Shown here in pieces: positions 9,964-19,435 of a stretch of 64,000 nucleotides of DNA. The translations under genes and the position numbers were made by a program. The number at the start of each line of letters is the position of its first letter. Within the stretch, counting starts at the first letter, position 1. Under the pieces are notes generated by a model. The model saw only the letters and a program-made list of their open reading frames with translations. It did not search any database and was not told the DNA's origin. This DNA is from a bacterium (lineage in GTDB: Bacteria > Bacillota > Clostridia > Oscillospirales > Oscillospiraceae): assembly GCA_963625685.1 (NCBI GenBank), contig CAVFTR010000010.1, positions 1,710 through 65,709 of the forward strand, read 5' to 3'.

Positions 9964-10015
9964 AACATCACCGCCTATTATTGTACGGCATATCGCGGAA
10001 AAAGTCAAAAGGCTA

Positions 10016-10043
10016 TTGACATTTTTCTCTGGAGCGCTATAAT
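10016..10043 (+). promoter_or_regulatory. sigma-A promoter of the FMN-riboswitch/ribU unit
   Basis: TTGACA (10016-10021), 16-nt spacer, TATAAT (10038-10043). Confidence 0.6.
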
Positions 10044-10057
10044 GAGGGCACAACCGA

Positions 10058-10175
10058 ATAGGATATCTTCAGGGCAGGGAGCGTTTCCCGACCGGCGGTA
10101 TAGTCCGCGAGCCTTCGGGCATGAACCGGTGTGATTCCGGTACCGACAGTATAGTCTGGATGAAAGAAGATGCAC
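10058..10175 (+). promoter_or_regulatory. FMN riboswitch (RFN element) aptamer
   Basis: AGGATATCTTCAGGGCAGGG...TTCCCGACCGGCGGTATAGTCCGCGAGC...GGTGTGATTCCGGTACCGACAGTATAGTCTGGATGAAAGAAGATG matches the conserved RFN core blocks as I recall them from B. subtilis ribD. P1 is closed by TCTTC/GAAGA. Confidence 0.9.
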
Positions 10176-10190
10176 GCATTGATTTCTTGC

Positions 10191-10228
10191 GTCGCCTGAA
10201 GGATATTTTCTTTCGGGCGACTTTTTTA
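10191..10228 (+). terminator. riboswitch expression-platform terminator
   Basis: GTCGCCTGAAGG-loop-CTTTCGGGCGAC followed by TTTTTT, directly upstream of the RBS GGAGG at 10234. Confidence 0.8.
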
Positions 10229-10246
10229 ATTCCGGAGGTAATATCC

Positions 10247-10999
10247 ATGTCAAAGCTCATCTCTCAGATAGGCGAAAACCTGTCCTTCGTGCTCGAATGT
10301 CTCGGCATATTCGCGGCGCTGTTCGTGCTGGCGCTGCTGTTCGAGCGTCTGGTGATGAAAAACCGCAGAAGGATCGGCAGCACGCATTTTCTCTCCTACA
10401 CTGCCATCTTTTCCGCGATGGCCGGCGTTCTGATGTTCATCGAGATCCCCCTGTTCTTCGCGCCGAGCTTTTACGAGATCGACCTGAGCGAGATCCCCAT
10501 CATGATCTGCACCTTCTACCTCGGCCCCGTGGCGGGCGTGGTAGCCGAGCTTCTCAAGATCATCGTAAAGCTCGTGCTGAAGGGCACGAGCACCGCCTTC
10601 GTCGGCGACTTTGCAAACTTCGTCGTCGGCTGCTCCTTCGTGCTGCCTGCCTCGTGCATCTACCACATGAAAAAGGGCAAGCGCACGGCCCTTATCGGCA
10701 TGATAGCCGGCACCCTCGTCATGACGGTTTTCGGCAGCCTTTTCAACGCCGTGTATCTCCTCCCGACCTTCGCCGAGCTCTTCGGCATGCCCCTTGAGGC
10801 GATAATCAAAATGGGCAGCGATATAAACTCCGCTATAAACAGCGTCTCGACGCTCGTGCTGTTCTGCGTCGTGCCGTTTAACCTCCTGAAGGGCGTCATC
10901 GTGACCGTTCTCACGATGCTGCTGTATAAGCGCATATCCCCGCTGCTGCACAGGGGCGATAAAAAGCTCGCCGAGCGCAGGGCCGCTAAGAGCGAATGA
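10247..10999 (+). CDS. ribU: riboflavin transporter, ECF S-component RibU/FmnP-like
   Basis: ORF track 10121..10999. The real start is the ATG at 10247, after GGAGG. Polytopic membrane protein immediately downstream of the FMN riboswitch. Confidence 0.75.
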   Translation: MSKLISQIGENLSFVLECLGIFAALFVLALLFERLVMKNRRRIGSTHFLSYTAIFSAMAGVLMFIEIPLFFAPSFYEIDLSEIPIMICTFYLGPVAGVVAELLKIIVKLVLKGTSTAFVGDFANFVVGCSFVLPASCIYHMKKGKRTALIGMIAGTLVMTVFGSLFNAVYLLPTFAELFGMPLEAIIKMGSDINSAINSVSTLVLFCVVPFNLLKGVIVTVLTMLLYKRISPLLHRGDKKLAERRAAKSE

Positions 11000-12296
11000 C
11001 CCTCCTCAGCCGCAGCATGCTCAGGGCGAAATTCAGGCACTCGTTGAAATAAATGATGCAGATATAGCCCGTAAGAGCGTACAGCGGCAGCACGCGCCAC
11101 ACGAGCAGCACGCCCAGCAGCGCGTCGAGTATGTTTATCCCCATGCTCCACAGCTGCTGGCCCAGACCCTTCAGGCAGCCGTCGCAGAGCATATCCGTGT
11201 ACATTATCGGGATAAGCGGTGCGAGCAGGCGCAGCAGGCGCCCCGCCTCGGGCGAGGAATAGACCGCGATCCCGAGCCTGTCGGCAAAAACGAATATCAC
11301 AAGGGAGACGGCGAGAGAATAGCCGGCTCCCTTTTTCAGAAGCGAGCGCACCGTGCGGCGTATCCCGTCGTGCTCGCCGCGCATCTGCGCCTCGGTCAGC
11401 TCCGGTATCATCAGCTCGCCGAGCGCCATCAGAAGGCAGGCGGGAAAGGATATTATCGGCATGACCATGCCCTGTATCGTCCCGTAGCCCGACAGCGCCC
11501 TGTCGGCGGAAAAGCCCGCCGAGCGCAGGCCGCGCGGAACGAGCAGATGCTCGAGCGTGGACAGCGCCGAGCGTGCGTAGGCCGAAAACGCCAGCGGCAG
11601 CGCGATGTGCAGCATGCGCGAGGTAAGGCGCAGCCCGCCGGGCGCAGGGCCCGGGCTCCGGCCCCTGTCGGTAATGTAAAACAGCAGCAGCATGAAAAGC
11701 GATATCGCGTCGCCGCAGACCGTGCCGAGCATGACCGCCGAGCAGTTTTTCTCTATATCCCCCTCCGGCGACCGCGAGAGGAAGAAGGCGACGAGCGCGA
11801 TCGTCACGAGCTGCTCGAATAGATGCGTGACCGTCGGCTTCCACACCCTGCCGCAGGCGGTGAAGTAGCCGGAAACGGCGGAGCTGAGCGAGACCATGGG
11901 CATCGCATACGCCATTATGCGCAGCGCCCTGACCGTGCGCGCGTCGCCTATCCACAGGAAGCCTATCGCCTCCGCGCCCGTGCGCAGGAGAAAAAGCGCC
12001 GCCGTGCCGAACGCGAGGCTGTAGACAAAGCATCTGCGCATGGCGCCGCCTATGCCCCCGGCGCGCTCACGGCCTATCTCCTCGGAGACGAGCCGCGTCG
12101 CGGCAAACCTCACGCCGGACACGGCGAAGGTCGTGCACAGAAACGACACCGATACGACGAGCTGATAAAGCCCTATGCCGGCGGAGCCGATGCTCCCGGC
12201 CAGCCACACCTGAAAGGCCATCGAGATCAGGCTCATCAGAAGCGACGAGCCCGTCAGCAGCGCGGTATTCACGATCAGTCTTTTCCTTCTTATCAT
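10986..12296 (-). CDS. MOP-superfamily oligosaccharide flippase, SpoVB-like
   Basis: 436 aa with about 12-14 TM helices. The N-terminus NTALLTGSSLLMSLISMAFQVWLAGSIGSAGIGLYQL is typical of SpoVB/polysaccharide-biosynthesis proteins. Its 3' end overlaps ribU by 14 nt, convergently. Confidence 0.75.
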   Translation of the reverse strand: MIRRKRLIVNTALLTGSSLLMSLISMAFQVWLAGSIGSAGIGLYQLVVSVSFLCTTFAVSGVRFAATRLVSEEIGRERAGGIGGAMRRCFVYSLAFGTAALFLLRTGAEAIGFLWIGDARTVRALRIMAYAMPMVSLSSAVSGYFTACGRVWKPTVTHLFEQLVTIALVAFFLSRSPEGDIEKNCSAVMLGTVCGDAISLFMLLLFYITDRGRSPGPAPGGLRLTSRMLHIALPLAFSAYARSALSTLEHLLVPRGLRSAGFSADRALSGYGTIQGMVMPIISFPACLLMALGELMIPELTEAQMRGEHDGIRRTVRSLLKKGAGYSLAVSLVIFVFADRLGIAVYSSPEAGRLLRLLAPLIPIMYTDMLCDGCLKGLGQQLWSMGINILDALLGVLLVWRVLPLYALTGYICIIYFNECLNFALSMLRLRRVIRS

Positions 12297-12408
12297 ACTG
12301 AAAATGTATGCAAGAAAAATTGTTTATATATGTTGTATTTTTCACAAAGAGTGATATAATATGATCAACGAAGGAAATATTCCTTGAATTTGAATGGGAG
12401 GCGTCATT

Positions 12409-12999
12409 ATGATCATCACGATAGGCAGACAGCACGGTTCAAGCGGCAGAGAGATCGCACGGCTTCTCGCGGAGAGGCTCGGCGTCAAATGCTACGACAA
12501 GGAGATTGTAGACGAGGCGGCAAAGCATTCCGACTTCAGCCGGGAGCTTATAAACGCATACGATGAAAAGCGCATGTCCGCTTTCCTTCTGCATGCCGGC
12601 GGCTACGGTCTGAACGAAAATTTCCGTCTCAACATGGAGGTCGTTTCCGCTCAGTTCGACGCGATCCGCGAGATCGCTTCAAAGGAGGACTGCATCTTCG
12701 TCGGCCGCTGCGCCGATTACGTCCTCAGCGAACGAGAGGATCTGGTCAGCATCTTCATCCTCGGCGATATTGATGCCCGCATCAAGTGCCTCGAGGAGCG
12801 CCAGGGTCTTGACGAGGCCCAGGCCCGCAAGAAGATCAAGGAGGTCGACAAGGACCGCTCCAGCTTCTACAAGTACTACAGCGATCAGCTCTGGGGCGAC
12901 GCGCAGAACTACGATCTGTGCATCAACAGCTCAAAGCTCGGCGTCGAGGGCACCGTCGACGCGATCATGGCGTACATAAAGGCCCGCAAGCTCAAATAA
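12409..12999 (+). CDS. cytidylate-kinase-like family protein (P-loop)
   Basis: ORF track 12394..12999. ATG at 12409 follows GGGAGG. MIITIGRQHGSSGREIA is the characteristic start of this family. Confidence 0.75.
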   Translation: MIITIGRQHGSSGREIARLLAERLGVKCYDKEIVDEAAKHSDFSRELINAYDEKRMSAFLLHAGGYGLNENFRLNMEVVSAQFDAIREIASKEDCIFVGRCADYVLSEREDLVSIFILGDIDARIKCLEERQGLDEAQARKKIKEVDKDRSSFYKYYSDQLWGDAQNYDLCINSSKLGVEGTVDAIMAYIKARKLK

Positions 13000-13014
13000 A
13001 AGCTTGGATCCAAT

Positions 13015-13045
13015 GAAAAAGCTCCCCTGTCGGGGAGCTTTTTTC
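13015..13045. terminator. bidirectional rho-independent terminator
   Basis: AAAAAGCTCCCC-TGTC-GGGGAGCTTTTTT. Confidence 0.7.
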
Positions 13046-13054
13046 ATGCCGTTT

Positions 13055-14221
13055 TCAGAATAAAACTCTCACGCGCAGGACGTCGTCCATGGCGCGGATG
13101 GTGTTTGCCGTGTCCTCCCAGATCTCGTCGTTAAGGTCGATGATCGTGTAGGCGTAGTGCCCGCGGGGCTTGTTTATCATATGCTCGACGTTTATGTTTT
13201 TCTTCGTTATCAGGTCGAGGATGCGGTTTATCATGCCGGGCACGTTGTGGTGGATGACGCACAGGCGGCAGACGCCCATGCGCTCGAGCTTCGCGGCGGG
13301 CAGGTTGACGGAGTTTGTGATATTGCCGTTTTTGAGGTATTCATAGAGCTGCTTTGCCGCCATCTCCGCGCAGCGGTCCTCGCTCTCGGGCGTGCACGCG
13401 CCCAGATGCGGCAGCGCGATGACGTTCTTGCCGCCGAGTATCTTCTCGTTGGGGAAGTCGGTGACGTATTTTGCGACCTTGCCGGACTCGAGCGCCGAAA
13501 GCATCGCGTCGTCGTCGACGACCTCGGCGCGGGACTCGTTTACTATCCTCACGCCGTCGCGCATGGCGGCGAAGGCCTTCGCGTCGAGCATGTGATGGGT
13601 GTCCTCGTTGTAGGGGATGTTGATGCTTATATAATCGCAGCTGCGGAATATCTCGGCGATATCGTCGGCTCTGGAAACGTCGCGCGAGAGCCGCCACGCG
13701 GCGTCGACGGACATGAAGGGGTCGTAGCCGATGACGTTCATATCCAGCGCGAGGCAGGCGTTTGCGACCAGCGCGCCCGTGGCGCCGAGGCCGAGCACGC
13801 CGACGGTCTTGCCCATGAGCTCGGGTCCGGCGAAATTCGACTTTCCCTTTTCAACGAGCGCGGGGATCTTATCGCCCTCGCCGGCGATGCTCTTTACCCA
13901 CTCGATGCTGCCGACAACATCGCGCGAGGCCATGACCATGGAGCACACGGTCTGCTCCTTTACCGCCTCGGCGTTTGCGCCGGGACTGTTGAAAACGACG
14001 ACTCCCAGCTCGGCGTATCTGTCGACCGGAATGTTGTTGTAGCCGGCTCCGGCACGCGCGACCGCCAGGAGCTCGGGGTTGAGCTCATACCCGTGCATGT
14101 CCGCGCTGCGCACGATTATGCCGTCGGGAGCCGCGATATCGGCGCCGATGCTGCAGCCCTTGCCGCGGAGCTTTTCAAGCCCGACGGGCGAGATATTGTT
14201 TATCGTTTTTATGTTATACAT
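13055..14221 (-). CDS. serA: D-3-phosphoglycerate dehydrogenase (with C-terminal ACT domain)
   Basis: 388 aa with NAD fold GVLGLGATG, a 2-hydroxyacid dehydrogenase catalytic region and an ACT-like tail. Co-operonic with serC. Confidence 0.9.
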   Translation of the reverse strand: MYNIKTINNISPVGLEKLRGKGCSIGADIAAPDGIIVRSADMHGYELNPELLAVARAGAGYNNIPVDRYAELGVVVFNSPGANAEAVKEQTVCSMVMASRDVVGSIEWVKSIAGEGDKIPALVEKGKSNFAGPELMGKTVGVLGLGATGALVANACLALDMNVIGYDPFMSVDAAWRLSRDVSRADDIAEIFRSCDYISINIPYNEDTHHMLDAKAFAAMRDGVRIVNESRAEVVDDDAMLSALESGKVAKYVTDFPNEKILGGKNVIALPHLGACTPESEDRCAEMAAKQLYEYLKNGNITNSVNLPAAKLERMGVCRLCVIHHNVPGMINRILDLITKKNINVEHMINKPRGHYAYTIIDLNDEIWEDTANTIRAMDDVLRVRVLF

Positions 14222-15299
14222 TATGCTCTACCTCGAATTTTTTCATATACTCTGCGAGCGCCCTCGCGCCCTCTACGGGCATGGCGTTATATAATGACGC
14301 GCGCATGCCGCCGGTGAGCCTGTGGCCCTTGAGATTCAAAAGCCCCTCGGCCGCGGCCCCCTTTACAAATTCCGCGTCCAGCTCCTCCGAGCCCGTGCGG
14401 AAGGTCACGTTCATATCGCTGCGCGAGCCTCTTTCCGCGTGGGGAATATAAAGCCTGCTGCTGTCGAGCACGTCGTAGATAAGCCCTGCGCGCTCTTTTT
14501 TTATCTCCTGCATCGCGCTCACGCCGCCCATGCCCTCGAGCCAGTCGAGCATGAGCCCGAGCATGTAGATGCACCAACACGGCGGGGTGTTGAGCATGGA
14601 GTCCTTTTTTATGAGCGTATCGTAGCTCATGACCGAGGGGCAGATATCCATCTGACGGCCGGCGAGATCCCTGTCGACGATGACGACCGTGAGTCCGGCG
14701 GGGGCCATGTTCTTCTGCGCCCCGGCGTAGATGAGACCGTAGCGTGAGACGTCCACGGGCCTTGACAGGATATCCGAGGACATGTCGCAGACTATCGTTT
14801 TCCCCTTCGTATCGGGCACCGACTGCCACTCCGTGCCGTAGATGGTGTTGTTCGCGCAGTAGTAAAAATAGCTCGAGCCGTCGCTGAGATCGAGCTGCGG
14901 CGGGATGTAGCTGTGGCCGCGGCCGGCACTTGAGCAGGCTATGTGTACCCTTCCGTACTTTTCGGCCTCCTTTGCCGCAAGGGATGAGAAGTTGCCCGTG
15001 ACGGCGTAGTCGGCGCTGCCGCTCTCTGCCATGAGATTGAGCGGTATCGCCGCAAACTGCAGCGTCGCTCCGCCCTGCAGGAGCAGTATCTCATGACTGT
15101 CGGGCACCTTGAGCGCGGCCCTGAGCTTCCGCTTCGTTTCCGCAAAAATTTCGCCGAACAGTGAACTTCGGTGACTCATCTCCATAACGGACATGCCGCT
15201 GCCCCTGTAATCGCTTATCTCGCTTCCGGCCCTTTTGAGCACGCTCTCCGGCATCATCGACGGGCCTGCCGCAAAATTATAGACCTTTTCTCTTGACAA
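14214..15299 (-). CDS. serC: 3-phosphoserine aminotransferase
   Basis: ORF track 14214..15308 (GTG). I prefer the TTG at 15299, 8 nt after GGAGG. YNFAAGPSMMPE is the start motif. Overlaps serA by 8 nt. Confidence 0.9.
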   Translation of the reverse strand: MSREKVYNFAAGPSMMPESVLKRAGSEISDYRGSGMSVMEMSHRSSLFGEIFAETKRKLRAALKVPDSHEILLLQGGATLQFAAIPLNLMAESGSADYAVTGNFSSLAAKEAEKYGRVHIACSSAGRGHSYIPPQLDLSDGSSYFYYCANNTIYGTEWQSVPDTKGKTIVCDMSSDILSRPVDVSRYGLIYAGAQKNMAPAGLTVVIVDRDLAGRQMDICPSVMSYDTLIKKDSMLNTPPCWCIYMLGLMLDWLEGMGGVSAMQEIKKERAGLIYDVLDSSRLYIPHAERGSRSDMNVTFRTGSEELDAEFVKGAAAEGLLNLKGHRLTGGMRASLYNAMPVEGARALAEYMKKFEVEHNV

Positions 15300-15362
15300 T
15301 GTGAGCACCTCCTGTTCGGTTTTTTGTCATTGTTAAAATTATAGCTATTTTACCGTTCCTTG

Positions 15363-16649
15363 TCAAATGACATTTCCGACTAAAATTCCGTCCGAAACGG
15401 CGTTTATCCTGACATTATGTACTGTTCCGCGCAGGGCCTCGCCCTCGGCGCGCACCTCGAGATAATTGTCGCTGTGGCCCTGCCAGTATGCGCCCTCCCG
15501 CGTTTCAAACAGAACGGGCAGCGTTTTGCCTGCCATGCTCTCGAGAAAGGCGCGGCGCGTTTCGGCGACGACGGCGCGCGCCTGCTTCGAGCGTCTTGCC
15601 TTGGCCGCGCGGTCGATCTGTCCGTCCATCTTGTCCGCCGGAGTGCCCGGGCGGCGCGAGTACGGGAAGATGTGCGCGTCGGAAAACCGCGCCTTTTCAA
15701 GAAAGGCGAGCGTTTCGCGCTGATGCTCCTCCGTCTCGCCGGGAAAGCCCACGATAAGGTCGCAGGTCATGCCGCAGTCGGGAAAATGGCTGCGCAGAAG
15801 CTGCATGGCCTCGTAGAAGCGGGCCGTGTCGTACTTGCGGTTCATGGCCCTGAGCGTCGCGTCGCAGCCCGATTGCAGGGAGAGATGAAAATGCCGGCAC
15901 ACGCTGCCGCAGGCGGCTATTTTCCGGCAGAACTCCTCGGTTATGACGCTCGGCTCTATAGAGCCGAGACGTATGCGCATATGCGGCGCGGCCCCGGCGA
16001 CGGCGCAGACAACGTCGGCAAGGCCGGGCTTTTCGGGCAGGTCGACGCCGTAGGACGCGATCTCGATGCCCGTTATGACAAGCTCGCGGTAGCCCTTTCT
16101 GTCGAGCTCCGCGGCCTGCTGCACCGCCGAGCTCAGCGGCAGGCTGCGCACCCTGCCGCGGGTATATGGGATTATGCAGTACGAGCAGAAGTTTACGCAG
16201 CCGTCCTGTATCTTCAGCAGCGCCCTCGTGTGGCCGGATACCGCGCCCGCCTGAAGCTCCTCGAACACGCGGCGCTCGAAGGGCTTATCGAGCGTCCTCT
16301 CGCCCTCGCCGGTGCTGACCGCCCTTTCGACGGCGTCGACGAGCTTTGCTCTGTCGGCCGTGCCGTAGACTATATCGGCGCCGAGCCTCTGCACGGCGTC
16401 GGGGCTCAGCTGCGAGTAGCAGCCCAGCACCGCCGCGACCGCGCCGGGGTTTTCCTCGCGCAGCCGGTGGATGGCCTGACGCGATTTGCGTCCGGCCTCG
16501 GCGGTGACGGCACAGGTGTTTACGATAACGGCGTCGGCGAGCTCTCCCTCGCGGCAGGGCCTGTGCCCGCGCGAGACGAGCAGCGCCTCTATCGCCTGCG
16601 TCTCATACTGGTTGACCTTGCAGCCGAGAGTGTATATAATGTATCTCAC
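15363..16649 (-). CDS. mtaB: tRNA methylthiotransferase, MtaB/MiaB family (radical SAM)
   Basis: ORF track 15363..16784. The likely start is the GTG at 16649 (VRYIIYTLGCKVNQYE), after GGGAG. Radical-SAM CSYCIIP is present. Confidence 0.85.
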   Translation of the reverse strand: MRYIIYTLGCKVNQYETQAIEALLVSRGHRPCREGELADAVIVNTCAVTAEAGRKSRQAIHRLREENPGAVAAVLGCYSQLSPDAVQRLGADIVYGTADRAKLVDAVERAVSTGEGERTLDKPFERRVFEELQAGAVSGHTRALLKIQDGCVNFCSYCIIPYTRGRVRSLPLSSAVQQAAELDRKGYRELVITGIEIASYGVDLPEKPGLADVVCAVAGAAPHMRIRLGSIEPSVITEEFCRKIAACGSVCRHFHLSLQSGCDATLRAMNRKYDTARFYEAMQLLRSHFPDCGMTCDLIVGFPGETEEHQRETLAFLEKARFSDAHIFPYSRRPGTPADKMDGQIDRAAKARRSKQARAVVAETRRAFLESMAGKTLPVLFETREGAYWQGHSDNYLEVRAEGEALRGTVHNVRINAVSDGILVGNVI

Positions 16650-16676
16650 GAGATCATCTCCCAAGGAGTAAGATAA

Positions 16677-17807
16677 ATGGAAATTTATTTGGATAACGCG
16701 GCGACGACGCGGGTCTGCCCCGAGGCCGCGGACCTTGCGTACAAGGTCATGACCGAGTGCTACGGAAACCCCAGCTCCACGCACACGAAGGGGCGCGAGG
16801 CCAAGATGTATCTGGATGCCGCGCGCGCTCAGACAGCCTCGGCGCTCGGCTGTCAGGCGCAGGAGGTATACTTCACCTCATGCGGCTCGGAGAGCGACGT
16901 CTGGGCGATAACGAAGGGCGCGGAGAGCGCCATAAGACGCGGCAGGCACATCATATCCTCCGCCGTCGAGCACGACGCCGTGCGCAAGACGCTCGCAGAG
17001 CTCGAAGGGCGCGGCTTTGAGGTGACGTATCTTGCGCCGGAAAAGGACGGCTCTGTCTCCGTCGAGGCGGTCAGGGCCGCTCTGCGCGAGGACACGATAC
17101 TCGTAACGCTCATGATGGTAAATAACGAGACAGGCGGCGTGACCGACATTGCCGCGATCGCGAAAATGCTCAGGGCCGGGGGCTCGAAGGCGCTTTTTCA
17201 CACCGACGCCGTTCAGGGCTTCATGAAGGTCCCCTTTTCCGCAAAAAAGCTCGGCGCGGACATGATAAGCATAAGCGGACACAAGATCCATGCGCCGAAG
17301 GGCATAGGCGCATTGTATATCAAAACGGGGGTCAAAATCAAGCCCCTTATCCGCGGCGGCGCCCAGGAGAGCGGCATGCGCGCCGGAACGGAGGCCATGC
17401 CGCAGATAGCGGCCTTCGGCAAGGCGGCGGAGATAGCCTTCGCCGGCATGATGGATAACTGCGGGAAAATGGCTTCCCTGCGCGCACTCGCGGCCGAGAC
17501 CATCTGCGCCGGTATCCCCGAGGCGCTCGTCATCGGCGGCGGCGCTCCGCACATACTGAGCGTATCGCTCCCCGGCTGGCGCAGCGAGGTCCTGATGAAC
17601 TTCCTCGAGGCCGACGGCATTTACGTTTCGCGCTCCTCGGCCTGCAAGAAGGGCGGCCGCAGCCACGTGCTCGAGGCGATGCAGCTTCCCGCGCAGGTCA
17701 TAGACGGCGCCGTGAGGATAAGCTTTTCGCGCTACAGCACCGAGGCCGAGGTCCTCGCCCTGTGCGCCTCCCTCAAGCGCGCGCACGACACGCTCGCGCA
17801 CAGATAA
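16677..17807 (+). CDS. cysteine desulfurase (NifS/IscS class V aminotransferase)
   Basis: 376 aa with the PLP lysine context SISGHKIHAPKG and active-site SSACK. RBS AAGGAG. Confidence 0.85.
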   Translation: MEIYLDNAATTRVCPEAADLAYKVMTECYGNPSSTHTKGREAKMYLDAARAQTASALGCQAQEVYFTSCGSESDVWAITKGAESAIRRGRHIISSAVEHDAVRKTLAELEGRGFEVTYLAPEKDGSVSVEAVRAALREDTILVTLMMVNNETGGVTDIAAIAKMLRAGGSKALFHTDAVQGFMKVPFSAKKLGADMISISGHKIHAPKGIGALYIKTGVKIKPLIRGGAQESGMRAGTEAMPQIAAFGKAAEIAFAGMMDNCGKMASLRALAAETICAGIPEALVIGGGAPHILSVSLPGWRSEVLMNFLEADGIYVSRSSACKKGGRSHVLEAMQLPAQVIDGAVRISFSRYSTEAEVLALCASLKRAHDTLAHR

Positions 17808-17820
17808 CAGCGCAAATTTC

Positions 17821-17855
17821 AAGGCTGCACCGCTTTGGTGCAGCCTTTGTTATTT
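17821..17855. terminator. rho-independent terminator between convergent genes
   Basis: AAGGCTGCACC-GCTTT-GGTGCAGCCTT followed by TGTTATTT. Confidence 0.65.
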
Positions 17856-17865
17856 ACTTTTTGCT

Positions 17866-19158
17866 TTACTTTTTTTCGTCCTCGCTTTTCTTCGGACGGC
17901 GCTTCGGTATGAGCTCCAGCGTTTCCGGGTCTATATGGTCGAGGTTCATATATTCGTTCGCGTCGGTCGGGAGCTTGTGCCGCTCAAGCTTGCGGTCGAT
18001 GAGCATCTCCAGTGCGGTGTAGATGATGACAAAGGCCGGAACGCCCAGCAGCATGCCCCAGAAGCCGAAGATGCCGCCGAACAGGACGATGGAAAACAGC
18101 ACCCAGAAGCCGTTTATGCCGATGGAGGTGCCGAGTATCTTCGGGCCTATGACGTTGCCGTCGAGCTGCTGGAGAACGAATACGAAAATGATGAACCACA
18201 GGCACATCTTCGGGTCGACCAGCAGCACGAGCAGCGCCGAGGGGATAGCTCCGATGAAGGGTCCGAAGAAGGGTATTACGTTCGTGACGCCGACGATGAC
18301 GGATATAAGCAGCGCGTAGGGCATTTTGAGTATCACGCAGCCGATATAGCACAATACACCTATTATCGCGCTGTCGAGCAGCTTTCCGCTTATAAAGCCC
18401 ATGAAGGTCTTGTCCGTGAAGCGGAGGGCCGACATGATATGCTTCGCGCGTACGGGAGAGAAAATGCTGTAGAGTATCTTCCTGTAGTGCGCGATGAAGG
18501 GCTCCTTGTTGTAGAGTATATACACCGAGACGATGATGCCGATGACGACGTTGTAAAGCCCCTTGAGGACGTAGAACACGCCGCTGGTTATGTTCGTCAC
18601 GACGTTTTCCATGCTCGGCAGGAGCGTGTCCGTGCCCCACTTGGTCAGCGCGTCGGTGAGGTTTCCGAATATCTTCGTGGCGTAGCGCTCTATCTCGGGA
18701 TAGTCCTTGAGAAGATTGTCTATCGCCGAGTAGGCCGAGTCGAAGTAGGACGGGCTGTTTGCTATGATGGCCGATATGCTGTCGTATACCTGCGGTACGA
18801 TGAGGTAAAACAGCGCGGTTATTATAAGCAGCATGACGATCTCCGCGAGGATCAGCGCCAGCACCCGCGGCAGCTTGCTGCCCGCCTTTATGCGCTGCTT
18901 TCTGCTGTTTATCCTCGCGACGAGAGGCTTGAAGAGCCTGCGCTCGTACAGCATCATCGACGGGATGAGAAGATATGATATCACAAGGCCCCATATGAAG
19001 GGGCTGAGTATGCCCATGAGCTTGCTCAGGGCCCCGATGACCGTGCCCATGTAATCGATGCCGAAGTAAAACAGGACTCCGCACGCTATCACGGCAAAGG
19101 CCGTCACGCCCCAGCCGATATACTGTGAATATTTATTCTTTTTTTCCAAGGTCCCCAC
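17866..19158 (-). CDS. AI-2E family transporter (PerM/YtvI-like)
   Basis: 430 aa, polytopic, with the conserved C-terminal block GVTNVIPFFGPFIGAIP. The start codon is uncertain (GTG 19158 or TTG 19149). Confidence 0.8.
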   Translation of the reverse strand: MGTLEKKNKYSQYIGWGVTAFAVIACGVLFYFGIDYMGTVIGALSKLMGILSPFIWGLVISYLLIPSMMLYERRLFKPLVARINSRKQRIKAGSKLPRVLALILAEIVMLLIITALFYLIVPQVYDSISAIIANSPSYFDSAYSAIDNLLKDYPEIERYATKIFGNLTDALTKWGTDTLLPSMENVVTNITSGVFYVLKGLYNVVIGIIVSVYILYNKEPFIAHYRKILYSIFSPVRAKHIMSALRFTDKTFMGFISGKLLDSAIIGVLCYIGCVILKMPYALLISVIVGVTNVIPFFGPFIGAIPSALLVLLVDPKMCLWFIIFVFVLQQLDGNVIGPKILGTSIGINGFWVLFSIVLFGGIFGFWGMLLGVPAFVIIYTALEMLIDRKLERHKLPTDANEYMNLDHIDPETLELIPKRRPKKSEDEKK

Positions 19159-19435
19159 CCCCTGTGTTTTTTATATTACTATTTCTTTAACAGTCCGTCA
19201 ATATTTCGTGCGTAAATTCGCCGTAAAAGTTGTTATGTCAACTCCGTTGCTGAATAATATCCGTTCATCCGTGTTGAAAACTCTGTTGAAAATGTTCAAA
19301 ACCCTTGATATTCAATATGTTTTTTCGCCTCAGACAGTAAATGGAGATTCATTTTTTGTCGAATAAAGCATAATCGCGCAACCTGAGCATCATTTCCGGA
19401 GGCAGGCATAAGCTTTAGACGGAGGTGGATGAGCC

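Noticed and set aside
15300-15362. Checked for a T-box or other leader upstream of serC-serA.
   Set aside because: Only ~60 nt separate serC from the upstream mtaB stop. There is no specifier-loop or T-box sequence and no terminator/antiterminator pair.
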